A stretch of DNA of 64,000 bases from assembly GCA_964016885.1 (NCBI GenBank), contig OZ024750.1:42966001-43030000 (forward strand), given 5' to 3'. The notes beneath the pieces are model-generated. The model saw nothing but the letters and a program-made list of their open reading frames with translations, was not told the DNA's origin and did no database searches. Both the position numbers and the translations under genes were made by a program. Position 1 is the stretch's first letter; every line of letters starts with the position of its first letter. This stretch comes from Eledone cirrhosa. Its lineage: Eukaryota. Positions 17,420 through 34,323 of the stretch are shown here, in pieces.

Positions 17420-17602
17420 TGTCACCTAATGGTTAAGATGTTTGACTTATGATTGTAATGTCGTCAGTTCGATTCCTGGATCGAGCTGCTGTGTTGTGTT
17501 CTTGAGCAAAGTACTTTATTCCATACTGCTTCAGAACACTCAGCTGAGGTGAGTACCAGCAGTAGCTGGGGAGTTAAACCTCCGATAGACTGGCGTCCAG
17601 TT
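17420..17602 (+). mobile_element. tRNA-derived SINE with CORE-like central domain (family B)
   Basis: A-box-like taatggttaag, B-box-like gttcgattcc, then gtgttgtgttcttgagcaaagtactttatt...cagctg...gagtacc. Confidence 0.65.
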
Positions 17603-18627
17603 ACTTCTCTGCAGCCATCGTCATCTGAATGTAAACCGTTGGTCACACATTAGTATCAGCTCTGGGTCTTCTCTTCAGCCGTTCTCCTTCCTTAATATAA
17701 ACAGTTGCGGTTCTCAGAAAAAAGGAACGCAAGAAAGAACTGCTCTTTAGTTTTTATCCAACCTAAATTTGTGATGAGATGAGAGAGCTTACCCCCTTTC
17801 TCTTATTGAAGACGGTAAAAAAGTAAGACCATAAAATGACATACAAATGATTGATTTGTGTAGCAAATGTGAAATAAATATAATCAAATTAGTTTTTAAA
17901 AAACGACATACATTTACAAATAAATTGAAAATTCTGTAAATAAATCTATGAATATATTAAAGTGAATAAATAAATCGCACAAACAACAATAACAGCAACA
18001 ACATACAAAACTATAAAAAAAATCTGCAAAAAATAAAATGGCAGTTTTTATTGGTTGACTGGTTTTCATTTGACTATAAAATGGCGTCGGAGTTAAAGAC
18101 GGGTTGAAAATAACTGTCAATCTTTATTGGAGATTTAAAAAAAAACAGACGACATAAAAAATGGAGGAGGAACACGACCCAGTCAACTTCAATCATTCTT
18201 TTTTTTTCTTTAAAATTACTTTCGATTTTATTGTAATATTTTCGACTTAATCTTTATTTTTGGCTTTGATTCTTTTATTTTTTAATATTTATACGCTCAC
18301 GTCTATATAATTTCCTCAAAAATCCTCCTCTCTCTCCTTAACTCTCCCTCTGCCACCCTCACCTTATTTTACTCCGACTCCCGTTTACCGTGTGAAGGTA
18401 GGGATTAAGAAAAGTGTTAGGGGTAAGATTAAAAAGCAAGAAAATTTGCAGCCGAAACCGAAAGAATATCAGAAGAAATCAACTCTTTAAATGTTTAATG
18501 TATTTAATGAGTTGGATAAGTGAGTGTCACCAACATGATGAAACATTAATAGCAGAGGACAGGGGAAGAAAGGGGGCTAGATAGAGATAGACAGATAGGT
18601 TGAGAGATAGAGATATATATAGATAGG

Positions 18628-18741
<114 letters not shown>

Positions 18742-18898
18742 TAATCTGAGAAATAGAGAGATAGGGAGGTTGAGAGATGGAGAGATATATACGTAGATAG
18801 ATATGTTTCTTTATTTTCCACAAGGGCGCACAAGAAATGGGATATTACAAGACGTGACGGCGGGTTGTTTTACATAAAAGAGACATATATAGATAGAT

Positions 18899-19381
18899 AT
18901 GTTTCTTTATTAGCCACAGGGGCACAAAAGAAGGGGACAAATACAAAAGGGGAAGTTTACATACAATAAAAACGTGTAAAATGTTATCACAGATGCAATT
19001 AAAAAAATTAGTCGATTTTCCCCATTAGGGGGAGACAGTTCATATGGGTAACACATACACCCGAAAAAATGTGCAACCCTCATCTCCAGGAGTACGAAGA
19101 GTTTGTACCCCTTTCCTCTCATCCTCCTTTTCCTCAACCTACAGGCTGATATAGAGAGAAGGCCCATTCACTCGGGCCATTCTCGCCACTTTCACCCACC
19201 TTTCATAAAACTTGCTGGGGTACAGCATCTCTCTCTCCATCCTGATTCTTCTTCCAAAGTGGTATTTGAAAAAAAGAATCAGTTGTTGGCCGGAGAGAAA
19301 GGTGTCTGACCTTAGCCCTTTCAACCTTGTCCACCATACAACCTCTTTCGCCATAGCTATCACACAAAGGAAAACCGCCTG
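18899..19381 (-). mobile_element. 5'-truncated copy of the L1/Tx1-like LINE at 1-1073, plus a short 3'-end fragment at about 18802-18855
   Basis: Translation IAMAKEVVWWTRLKGLRS...GPSLYISL is nearly identical to the end of ORF 2-811. The 3' UTR is homologous. (GATA)n lies on both sides. Confidence 0.9.
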
Positions 19382-19382
19382 G

Positions 19383-19429
<47 letters not shown>

Positions 19430-19438
19430 GTAGGTAGG

Positions 19439-19470
<32 letters not shown>

Positions 19471-19994
19471 GAGGTAGATGTGTAGATATCTGTCTACCTA
19501 TCTACCCAGCAACCAACCTACCTAACCTTTCTCCCTCCCTCCCTCCTTACCTACCAACTTACCTAAAAACCTACCTATCAACCTAACTATCTACCCACAA
19601 CTTTCCTCCCCCCCTACATAACCCCTCGCCTCACCCCCACCCCCACCTCACCACCCCCACTCCCCTGTTTGTTACCCACTTATCTTGGCTCCGTTCCCAA
19701 TTTCCGTTTAAATTAATGATGTAAAAATTACAATGATTGCAGCAAATTCTAGAATTTCCGTAGATTTTTATCCCGAAATACTGTGGCTAGTCATTGTAGT
19801 GGGTGTATATATATTACACACACACACACAAACACACACGCACACACATACATACATACACACATACATACATACATACATACATACATACATACATACG
19901 TACATACATACAATACTTGCATGGTTTAACAGACGAGACTAAAACATATACATCTTATATGCACTGACACACAAACTGGCGTATATGTGTCTAG

Positions 19995-20049
<55 letters not shown>

Positions 20050-20146
20050 AGTGTGTGTGTGTGTATAAATATATGTATGCGTATGTATATATATATACAT
20101 ATTTATATAATATATAATGTACATATATATATATGAATACATATAA

Positions 20147-20183
<37 letters not shown>

Positions 20184-20316
20184 ATGTATGTATAACGTAT
20201 GAGTATGTATACAGACATACATACACATATTTAATTGAGACAGAAGTATGTTAGTATAGCGAACGGAAACGGCAAATATTATTTCTCTCGTAATAGACTA
20301 ATTCTTGCCGGTCATT

Positions 20317-20354
<38 letters not shown>

Positions 20355-20827
20355 CTTCTCTCTCCTTCTCTGTCTCCTTCTCTGTCTCTCTTTCTTTCTC
20401 TCTCACTCTATCTCCCTCTGTCTCCCCTCTCTCTATATCCTTCTCCACCCTCTATCTATCTATCTATCTATCTATCCCCCCCCCTCCCTGTCTACTTTAC
20501 CCCTTCTCTTACTATTTTTTGTAACTTGCCTGCTCCCTCCCTTAATTCCCAATTATAGACATGTATATATATATATATACACACAGACATGTATATATAT
20601 ATATATACACAGACATGCATATTTCGAGAGGTCACACAGTCTGTATATAATAAATATATCGACAAACGCATAACATGCAAAACACACCCACATACGTACA
20701 CACAACCATAATTCCACTCACACACCTATATATATATGAATATATATATTTACACACACACATACACACATATATATATAATTGATCATTTATATATATA
20801 TATATGTACATATATGCATGTATGTAC

Positions 20828-20870
<43 letters not shown>

Positions 20871-20873
<3 letters not shown>

Positions 20874-21057
20874 GGAACGAGTAGGACCCCGACGGCTGAG
20901 CTCAAGCCGTTTCGACGGCTAATTCTGGACTACTCGTTCCTATAACCCACTCTACTACCCCAAGTATTGAGTACTTTGGTGCGTTATGGTCCACGTGGTT
21001 CCTTACCACATTTCCTTCGTTATATATATATATATATATATATAACGAAGGAAATGT

Positions 21058-21062
<5 letters not shown>
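20871..21062. mobile_element. Second copy of the 16918-17058 element, with inversions at both ends
   Basis: 20871-20930 is the reverse complement of 16999-17058. Inverted repeats at 20871-20884/20930-20943 and 21003-21022/21043-21062. Embedded in (TA)n. Confidence 0.7.
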
Positions 21063-21112
<50 letters not shown>

Positions 21113-21497
21113 ATATGTATATCTATTTATCTATATATGGATATATATATACACACGTGTGTGCACAAATATACATAAATATACATCCATACAAAAAGAT
21201 ATGTGTGTGTACATTCATATATGTATGTATGTGTGTGTGTACGTCCATCCATCTATGTATGTATGTATGTATAGATGTAAGTATTTGCTTTGCATTGTTA
21301 ATGTAATTAGTAGTTTTATTAGTCGCAAGGGGTTGAAGGAAGAGGAGGAGAGGGGGTGATGTGGAGGGAGGAAGATGGAAAGAAAGAAGAGAAGGAAGAG
21401 TATATAACGTAAGTTGGTAAGTATTGCTGTAATAACAGTTGTACAATAGAGAGATAAGAGGAGTCGTTTAGTATTTGTGTTTAATCAAGCCACGATG

Positions 21498-21708
21498 TAA
21501 TGGGTTAATGGTTTAGCGGTTTAATGGTTTAATGGTTTAGCGGTTTAGCGGTTTAATGGGTTAATGCTTTAACGGTTCAAATGTTTAATGGTTTGGTGGT
21601 TTAACGGTTCAACTGTTTAATGGTTTAATGGTTTAACAGTTTAATGATTTAATGGTTTAACAGTTTAATGGTTCAATGTGTTAATGGTTTAAGGGTTTAA
21701 TGGTTTAA
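21498..21708. repeat. 8-bp tandem repeat (ggtttaat)n, degenerate
   Basis: Direct inspection. Confidence 0.85.
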
Positions 21709-21883
21709 TCGAATGATTCTAGATTGCACAGGTTCGTAATTTCTTTTGACTCCTCAACAACAACAATAACAACAGCAACATCAATAACAAGATAAACATT
21801 AACAGTAAGCGGAAAACTAAAATAACGTGTTTTCATCCCAGAGAAGCACAAAATGGAAGAATGGAAATGAGAAAGAGATATAG

Positions 21884-22042
21884 AGGAAAATATTGACCCC
21901 CAGTACAAGACTGGTACTTTTATATTGACCCCGAGAGGATGAAAGGCAAAGTTGACCTGGTTGGGACTTGAACTCAGAGAGCAGAGAGCCGGAAGGAATA
22001 CCACAAAACATTCTATCTGACATTCTAACGACTCTACCAATT
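21884..22042 (-). mobile_element. SINE family A copy
   Basis: Reverse complement of the family core (ggtacttt..gacccc..ggatgaaaggcaaagttgacc..tgaactcag). Confidence 0.7.
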
Positions 22043-22229
22043 GACTAATATACAAAAGAAGTAACCTTCATCCCCCAATAAACCGTATATAATTTCATTA
22101 TAAACACCATTTCAAATCAGAACAGAATAAAGTAAGTCTAGAAAACTGGAAAATTATTTACGGAACCTCGTATGAGAAATCTATTAAAATCCACACAATA
22201 TGAACTTAAGAACAGTCAACTAAAAAATA

Positions 22230-22565
22230 TAAAACTAGTCATACCATTAAAACTAATCAAACAATTAAAACTAGTTAAACTATTACAACTAGTCATACAA
22301 TTAAAACTAGTGAATAAAACTAGTCAAACAATTAACACTAGTCAATTAAAACTAGTCATACAATTAACACTAGTCAATTAAAACTAGTCAAACAATTAAA
22401 ACTAGTTTAACAATTACCAGTCATACAATTAAAACTAGTCAATTAAAAGTAGTCAAACAATTAAAACTAGTTTAACAATTACAACTAGTTAAACAATTAA
22501 AACTAGTCAATTAAAACTAGTCATACCATTAACAATAGTCAATTAAAACTAGTAAACCAATTAAA
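22230..22565. repeat. Degenerate 14/18-bp minisatellite (aaaactagtcaatt / aaaactagtcaaacaatt)
   Basis: Direct inspection. Confidence 0.85.
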
Positions 22566-22647
22566 AAGCTAAATCCAGTTATAGAGTTATATTTGGTGAA
22601 TAAATTATTAAACAAATTATCGGAAAATTAAATAAATGAAATCAATC

Positions 22648-22701
<54 letters not shown>

Positions 22702-23088
22702 TTTGCTCCATGGTTTTATATATTTTTATATATATACATTACCCTTATCGAGGAGTCAGTCCTATTCGGATTTTAGTCTTCACATATATTATTATTACTA
22801 TCTGTATATATATATTTGTTTTGCAGTATAACAATATATATATATATATATATATATGTATATGTATATGTATATATATATAAATCTTTTCCTGAGTTCA
22901 GTTTTTTTCGTTGCTATGGCAATGCGGCTGGACTGTCGGTCGCTATATTTGATTTGCAAAGCTGTCTAAACGTATTGTTATAACTGTGGGGTATTATTCT
23001 CCATCGAGTGCTAAGCTGATACCGAATCTGCATTCGTAAGCTTAGCCGCAGCCAAAAGCTTCGTTAATGCTGTACTAAAATATGTATT

Positions 23089-26841
<3,753 letters not shown>

Positions 26842-26880
26842 ATGAATAAACAAAGAAACAGTTCCTTATATTAAAAAAAT

Positions 26881-27022
26881 TCATCATTTTACGATCGTTT
26901 CTAGGATATATATGTGTTAGTGTTGGTATGCATATTCTATAGATCTATGTAAAATATTTATACAAACTATCAGAGGGAATATACATACCTACACATATAT
27001 ATGCTGTCTTCAGAAATAATGA
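26881..27022 (-). ncRNA. Mirror copy of the 27037-27178 hammerhead
   Basis: Exact reverse complement within the fold-back. Confidence 0.8.
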
Positions 27023-27036
27023 TATTTGTTTAAATA

Positions 27037-27178
27037 TCATTATTTCTGAAGACAGCATATATATGTGTAGGTATGTATATTCCCTCTGATAGTTTGTATA
27101 AATATTTTACATAGATCTATAGAATATGCATACCAACACTAACACATATATATCCTAGAAACGATCGTAAAATGATGA
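27037..27178 (+). ncRNA. Type-I hammerhead ribozyme with long stem II
   Basis: tcattattt-CTGAAGA-cagcatatatatgtgt...acacatatatatccta-GAAA-cgatcg-TA-aaatgatga. Confidence 0.8.
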
Positions 27179-27432
27179 ATTTTTTTAATATAAGGAACTG
27201 TTTCTTTGTTTATTCATTACTTTATTAATTTATCTTGACTCTGTTTTTCGTTAATTTTCACCGAAAATAGTTTTTGAATACAACTTCTCTTTTCATGATA
27301 TCCGGATTACATTGAGTTCTTCATACGGATTGGACACTACCGTAAATTTTTGGTAGATTTATCTATATATATATGTATATATATATATGTATGTGTATAT
27401 ATATTTATATATATATATATGTATATATATAC

Positions 27433-27606
<174 letters not shown>

Positions 27607-27617
27607 ATATATATATA

Positions 27618-27706
<89 letters not shown>

Positions 27707-27711
27707 GAATG

Positions 27712-27832
<121 letters not shown>

Positions 27833-27849
27833 GTATATATATATGTATA

Positions 27850-28053
<204 letters not shown>

Positions 28054-28090
28054 ATTAAATAAATGGAAACTATATCTATAAAACCATATT

Positions 28091-28156
28091 TATTTCATTA
28101 TATATATTTCAGGGATAACATATTAACAATATGCCATGCCTTCCTCAGACAAAATA
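28091..28156 (-). ncRNA. Mirror hammerhead in the inverted 5' pLTR
   Basis: Reverse complement of 31841-31906. Confidence 0.85.
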
Positions 28157-28265
28157 CAATATAAACAGTTTTATAGATAAATAGATTCGACATACCGTAA
28201 TAACATCTACTTGCATTTGAGAAGGTTGATTTGGTTGTGACAAAATTGTACACAGAGAGAAAGAA

Positions 28266-28298
<33 letters not shown>

Positions 28299-29191
28299 AA
28301 AAAGAAAAGAAAGACAGAAAACGAAGAAAAAGAAAAAGAAGAAATGCATGGAACAAAATAGAGAGATGGAAAGATAGATAAAGAGAAGAACTTCATGTAA
28401 AGAAACAGAAAGAGATATATATATATAGAGAGAGAGGAAATAGAGATAGATACATATATAGAAAGCTAGGTAGTGGAACAACTGTTGAATAACGTATCAA
28501 TGATACATTTATTTGTTTATTTATTTATTTAGCTCTAGTATTAATGTAAGGGAGATATATGGAGGGAAAACCAGCTGTTATATAGGGAGAGAAAAAATAT
28601 AGAGAGAGAAAAAAAAGAGAGAGAGAAAATTCAAAAATATCCAGACACAGGCGAGGCGTACAAACCTCTGTTTTAATGTAGAGGTATTAGTATTTACAAA
28701 ACCAGCCTCTGCATTGTAAATATCAGTATTCCTGAATGAGATATGTATCCACAATGTGTGAAAATTAATGATCTTATGTTTAGTTTTTTTAAAAAATTCA
28801 TATGTTTATGTGATAATTACAAACATCTATGTGAATGTACATGATCAATTCTGCAAACCCTAAGTTCACGGAAAGTATTCTCAATGCGGTATAAAAATTT
28901 AAGTATACATATATGTGTATATAGAGTCAATATTACTATTTCTGTCTCTACTCTACAAGATTATCTATCAAGCAAAGATAGAGCAGATTTCAATATACTA
29001 ATAAAAATAAAAATAAAAATAAAAATAAAAATAAAAATAAAAATATATCGGAAACAAGACTAAACTAAAAATAACAATAATAATAATAAGTAATAATAAA
29101 ATAGAAAACTAAGAAATATTACGAAAGAATATTACATATTAAAAATATTACATATTAAACATTTTTTTTTAAAAATTTACATATTAAAAAT

Positions 29192-30430
29192 GCCCAGGTA
29201 ACTGACCTTGTGGGTTTATTTTTAATCAATTCGCTACATAGGAAAATACCCGGTACTACCGGAGGTTTATATAGAGACGACATGCTTTTACTTATTGATA
29301 ATAATAACTCTGAACTAAATAGAAAATGTAAACAAATTACACAATTTTTTAATTACTTTAATCTTAAAATAGAAATTGAAAACAACCATAGAATAGTCAA
29401 TTTCCTAGATGTAACATTAAATCTCAACACATGTCTTCACTATCCTTTTCACAAGTTGAATGAAAACTTAAACTATGTAAACTTTAACTCTAACCACCCC
29501 AGATCTGTCAAAAACACTATAGTAAACTCTGTCCAAAAACGTATCTCTAGGATCTCGTCGAATAGAAAGATTTTCGACGAAAAAGCCCAATACTACAATG
29601 AAGCATTAGCTAGAGCAGGATATGCTGATAAGATTGTGTACGTAGATAATGATAGACAAACTAAACAAAGTAACAACTTTTTTAATTACGGCAACATCCT
29701 TAACAACTATAATAGAAAGCATTACAATAATTCCAAAGGCCAAAAAAGAAATAGAACTAGGAACATAATTTGGTTTGCCCCCCCTTTCTCACTAAACATT
29801 AAAACCCACATCGCTAAACTATTTTTTAAAGCTCTTGATAATCGCTTCCCTAGAACACATAGATATCACTCAATTTTCAATAGACATACAATTAAATTAA
29901 CCTACTCATCCACCAAAAATTTAGCACAAAATATCAATAGAATAAATAATAGGAACTTAAAACCTAGTGATAACAGCATAAATAATATACAAGTTAACAA
30001 ATGTAACTGTAGAGATAGATCTAAATGTCCGTTAAATAACAACTGCTTAGTTAAAAATATAGTATACAATTGTAATGTTAATACTGACTCTAATTCTTTT
30101 AACTACGTCGGTTCCACATCGACGGAATTTAAACTTCGCTATAATAACCACAAGAATTCTTTCACAGATCCAAGTAAAAAATCTTCAACGGCACTATCAG
30201 GCGTACTATGGCAACTTAAGCTAGATAACGTTAGATATTCGACGGCTTGGAATATAGTCTCAAGAGGGATTCCTTTTAATTCATCCTCTGAGACATGTGA
30301 CCTCTGCGCAGAGGAGATATTCTTTATACTAAAATCTAAAAATTCCCTTAATCTACGGACAAATTTATTCAGTTGTTGCAAACATAGATTAAACTCAACG
30401 TTTAAATATAAATTTAAATTTAAAATGTAG
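29192..30430 (+). CDS. Penelope-like reverse transcriptase (C-terminal half) plus GIY-YIG endonuclease, 5'-truncated, Naiad-like motifs
   Basis: AQVTDLVGLFL (end of RT motif 4), GLYRDD, VNFLDVTLNL, SNHP thumb, CNCRDRSKCPLNNNC linker, IVY..YVGST..FKLRYNNH GIY-YIG core and CDLC..E..LNLR..CCKH. No internal stops. Confidence 0.9.
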   Translation, partial: AQVTDLVGLFLINSLHRKIPGTTGGLYRDDMLLLIDNNNSELNRKCKQITQFFNYFNLKIEIENNHRIVNFLDVTLNLNTCLHYPFHKLNENLNYVNFNSNHPRSVKNTIVNSVQKRISRISSNRKIFDEKAQYYNEALARAGYADKIVYVDNDRQTKQSNNFFNYGNILNNYNRKHYNNSKGQKRNRTRNIIWFAPPFSLNIKTHIAKLFFKALDNRFPRTHRYHSIFNRHTIKLTYSSTKNLAQNINRINNRNLKPSDNSINNIQVNKCNCRDRSKCPLNNNCLVKNIVYNCNVNTDSNSFNYVGSTSTEFKLRYNNHKNSFTDPSKKSSTALSGVLWQLKLDNVRYSTAWNIVSRGIPFNSSSETCDLCAEEIFFILKSKNSLNLRTNLFSCCKHRLNSTFKYKFKFKM

Positions 30431-31700
30431 TATATTTAGTTTGATTTATAATTATATGGGAAACTAGCCGATAAATCTTTGATTCTCTTTTTACTCTTTT
30501 TATTTTTATTTTATTTATTTAAACATTCTTCATGAAAAATTAAGCTATCCTAAAAGTTGATGCTCCAAATATTTCGAATAAACGTTACACTAGATAAACT
30601 ACTAAATATAAGAACACATGTAGACCAAATTGGGCATCCTATACTTTTTGAAATGATCTTTGCTAGATGCGATTTGATAGATAATTTTTGGCTTTATCTG
30701 TTTTTCGACTCTGATGTTTATAATGAACTTGGCAATATATTGTCAATTAATTTTGAAGGGTTGATCTTTGTGGTTTATTTTATTTTTATTACTGTAGTAT
30801 TTCCTAATTTTTATTTTTTAATTTTTTTAATATTTTTAATATGTAAATTTTTAAAAAAAATTTTTAATATGTAATATTTTTAATATGTAATATTCTTTCG
30901 TAATATTTCTTAGTTTTCTATTTTATTATTACTTATTATTATTATTGTTATTTTTAGTTTAGTCTTGTTTCCGATATATTTTTATTTTTATTTTTATTAG
31001 TATATTGAAATCTGCTCTATCTTTGCTTGATAGATAATCTTGTAGAGTAGAGACAGAAATAGTAATATTGACTCTATATACACATATATGTATACTTAAA
31101 TTTTTATACCGCATTGAGAATACTTTCCGTGAACTTAGGGTTTGCAGAATTGATCATGTACATTCACATAGATGTTTGTAATTATCACATAAACATATGA
31201 ATTTTTTAAAAAAACTAAACATAAGATCATTAATTTTCACACATTGTGGATACATATCTCATTCAGGAATACTGATATTTACAATGCAGAGGCTGGTTTT
31301 GTAAATACTAATACCTCTACATTAAAACAGAGGTTTGTACGCCTCGCCTGTGTCTGGATATTTTTGAATTTTCTCTCTCTCTTTTTTTTTCTCTCTCTAT
31401 ATTTTTTCTCTCCCTATATAACAGCTGGTTTTCCCTCCATATATCTCCCTTACATTAATACTAGAGCTAAATAAATAAATAAACAAATAAATGTATCATT
31501 GATACGTTATTCAACAGTTGTTCCACTACCTAGCTTTCTATATATGTATCTATCTCTATTTCCTCTCTCTCTCTATATATATATCTCTTTCTGTTTCTTT
31601 ACATGAAGTTCTTCTCTTTATCTATCTTTCCATCTCTCTATTTTGTTCCATGCATTTCTTCTTTTTCTTTTTCTTCGTTTTCTGTCTTTCTTTCCTTTTT

Positions 31701-31731
<31 letters not shown>

Positions 31732-31840
31732 TTCTTTCTCTCTGTGTACAATTTTGTCACAACCAAATCAACCTTCTCAAATGCAAGTAGATGTTATTAC
31801 GGTATGTCGAATCTATTTATCTATAAAACTGTTTATATTG

Positions 31841-31906
31841 TATTTTGTCTGAGGAAGGCATGGCATATTGTTAATATGTTATCCCTGAAATATATATAAT
31901 GAAATA
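31841..31906 (+). ncRNA. Type-I hammerhead ribozyme in the 3' pLTR
   Basis: tattttgt-CTGAGGA-aggcatggcatatt/aatatgttatccct-GAAA-tatata-TA-atgaaata. Confidence 0.88.
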
Positions 31907-32036
31907 AATATGGTTTTATAGATATAGTTTCCATTTATTTAATATTGTAAATATACTCCAAATATTTGTCGAGTGCTTTTATATCAGTTATAAATATTTA
32001 CTAGTTGTAACACAACAATTTTAAATATAACTTTCC

Positions 32037-32094
<58 letters not shown>

Positions 32095-32135
32095 GTATAT
32101 ATATATATGTATATATATATATATGTATATATATG

Positions 32136-32215
<80 letters not shown>

Positions 32216-32351
32216 CATATGTATATATATATATGTATATATATATATGTATATATATACATATGTATATATGTATATAAATATATATATGTATATATAT
32301 ATATATGTATATAAATATATATATGTATATATATACATATGTATATATATG

Positions 32352-32447
<96 letters not shown>

Positions 32448-32454
32448 CATATTT

Positions 32455-32749
<295 letters not shown>

Positions 32750-32979
32750 TATATATTATTCAAGAATAGAAAAGACAAACACGGAGATGCGAAAACACGA
32801 ACAAACTTTACCAACGCTGGTATATAGGGATATATATATATATATATATACACGCGCACACGCACATATATATATATATTAATTGTTAATTCTTATTGTT
32901 TGCTTTCTTCATATTTTTAATTTTTTAGTTTTTATTATATTTTTGTATATTTTTCTATTTGTTTCCGTGAATTTATTGG

Positions 32980-33365
32980 ATTATTTTATATTTATTTTAT
33001 ATTTATTTTATATTTATTTTATATCTATTTTATATCTATTTTATATTTATTTTATATTTATTTTATTTCTATTTTATATCTATTTTATATTTATTTTATA
33101 TTTATTTCATATTTATTTTATATTTATTTTATATTTATTTTATATCTATTTTATATTTATATTATATTTATTTTATATTTATTTTATATTTATTTTATAT
33201 TTATTTTATATCTATTTTATATCTATTTTATATTTATTTTATATTTATTTTATATTTATTTTATATCTATTTTATATTTATTTTATATTTATTTTATATT
33301 TATTTTATATTTATTTTATATTTATTTTATATCTATTTTATATTTTATATTTATTTTATATTTAT
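32980..33365. repeat. 11-bp AT-rich tandem repeat (tattttatatt)n
   Basis: Direct inspection. Confidence 0.85.
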
Positions 33366-33474
33366 TCTCTTTTATTTAATTATATCTTCCAACATAAATA
33401 GTTTTAACCATTTCCTAATTCTTTCTTGTTTTTAGTTCTGTTTTGTATATTTTAGAAATGCAGACAAATTTGCT

Positions 33475-33982
33475 CATCAACATCATTATCGTCATTAAAA
33501 TCATCGTCATCATCATGATCATCACTACCATGACCGTTAAGAACATGATTATGATGATGATGAAGATATTGATGATGATAATGATGATCGCCATCACCAC
33601 CATCACCACCACCACCATCATCATCACCACCGTCAACACCATCACCACCACCACCACCACCATGATCACCATGATCACCACCACCATCACCATCAACAGC
33701 ACCACCACCATCACCACCACGACAACCACCACAACCACCATCACCATCATCATCACCACCACCACCATCATCATGATCACCACCACCACCACCACCACCA
33801 TCATCACCACCATCACCATCACCATCACCATCACCACCACCACCATCAACGCCACCATCACCATCAACATCAACAACACCACCACCACTACCAACACCAT
33901 CAACACCAACATCATCATCAACATCACCACCACCAACACCACCACCAACACCACCATCACCACCACCAACAACAACAACAAA
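33475..33982. repeat. Degenerate (CAC/CAT/CAA)n trinucleotide repeat
   Basis: Direct inspection. Confidence 0.9.
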
Positions 33983-34175
33983 CAAATAATTTTAGAGATT
34001 ATAATCGTTATTTGTATGAAAGCTTCCCAAACTAGCATAGATAATGAATGGAATGTAATTATCTAAATATATTGTTGTTGTTACTGTTGTTGTTGTTACT
34101 GTTGTTGTCGTTGCTGTTGTTTTTGTTGATGATGTGGGACAGGTTTTATATACTCTGTTCTATTTTTCAGCTTCC

Positions 34176-34232
<57 letters not shown>

Positions 34233-34276
34233 TTATAAATTACACAATAATCAAAACTATGTTCAAATCCTTTTAT

Positions 34277-34323
34277 TACTGACAATCGTTTCTTCCAAAC
34301 TTTTGTTTGGAATCCTCGGAGCA
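34277..34323 (-). ncRNA. Type-I hammerhead candidate (U4C variant) at the 3' end of a roughly 1-kb minus-strand island (34230-35270)
   Basis: Minus strand: tgct-CCGAGGA-ttccaaac aaaa gtttggaa-GAAA-cgattg-TC-agta, overlapping AATAAA and followed by (TA)n. Confidence 0.65.

Larger units (their letters stand above)
26842..27362 (+). mobile_element. Fold-back Penelope-like pLTR fragment: perfect 186-bp inverted arms plus a unique tail
   Basis: 26842-27027 is the reverse complement of 27032-27217 (4-nt loop). There is a hammerhead in each arm. (TA)n flanks the element. Confidence 0.8.

Noticed and set aside
22700-22760. Possible decayed hammerhead on the minus strand (ctcc-TCGATAA...ggag)
   Set aside because: GAAA and stem III are missing.
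29192-30430. Selenoprotein recoding, as reported for some Naiad elements
   Set aside because: The visible ORF has no in-frame TGA. All conserved Cys positions use TGT/TGC and the ORF ends at TAG.
30557-30874. 105-aa hydrophobic ORF after the Penelope-like ORF
   Set aside because: It is T-rich 3' UTR sequence with no recognisable motif.
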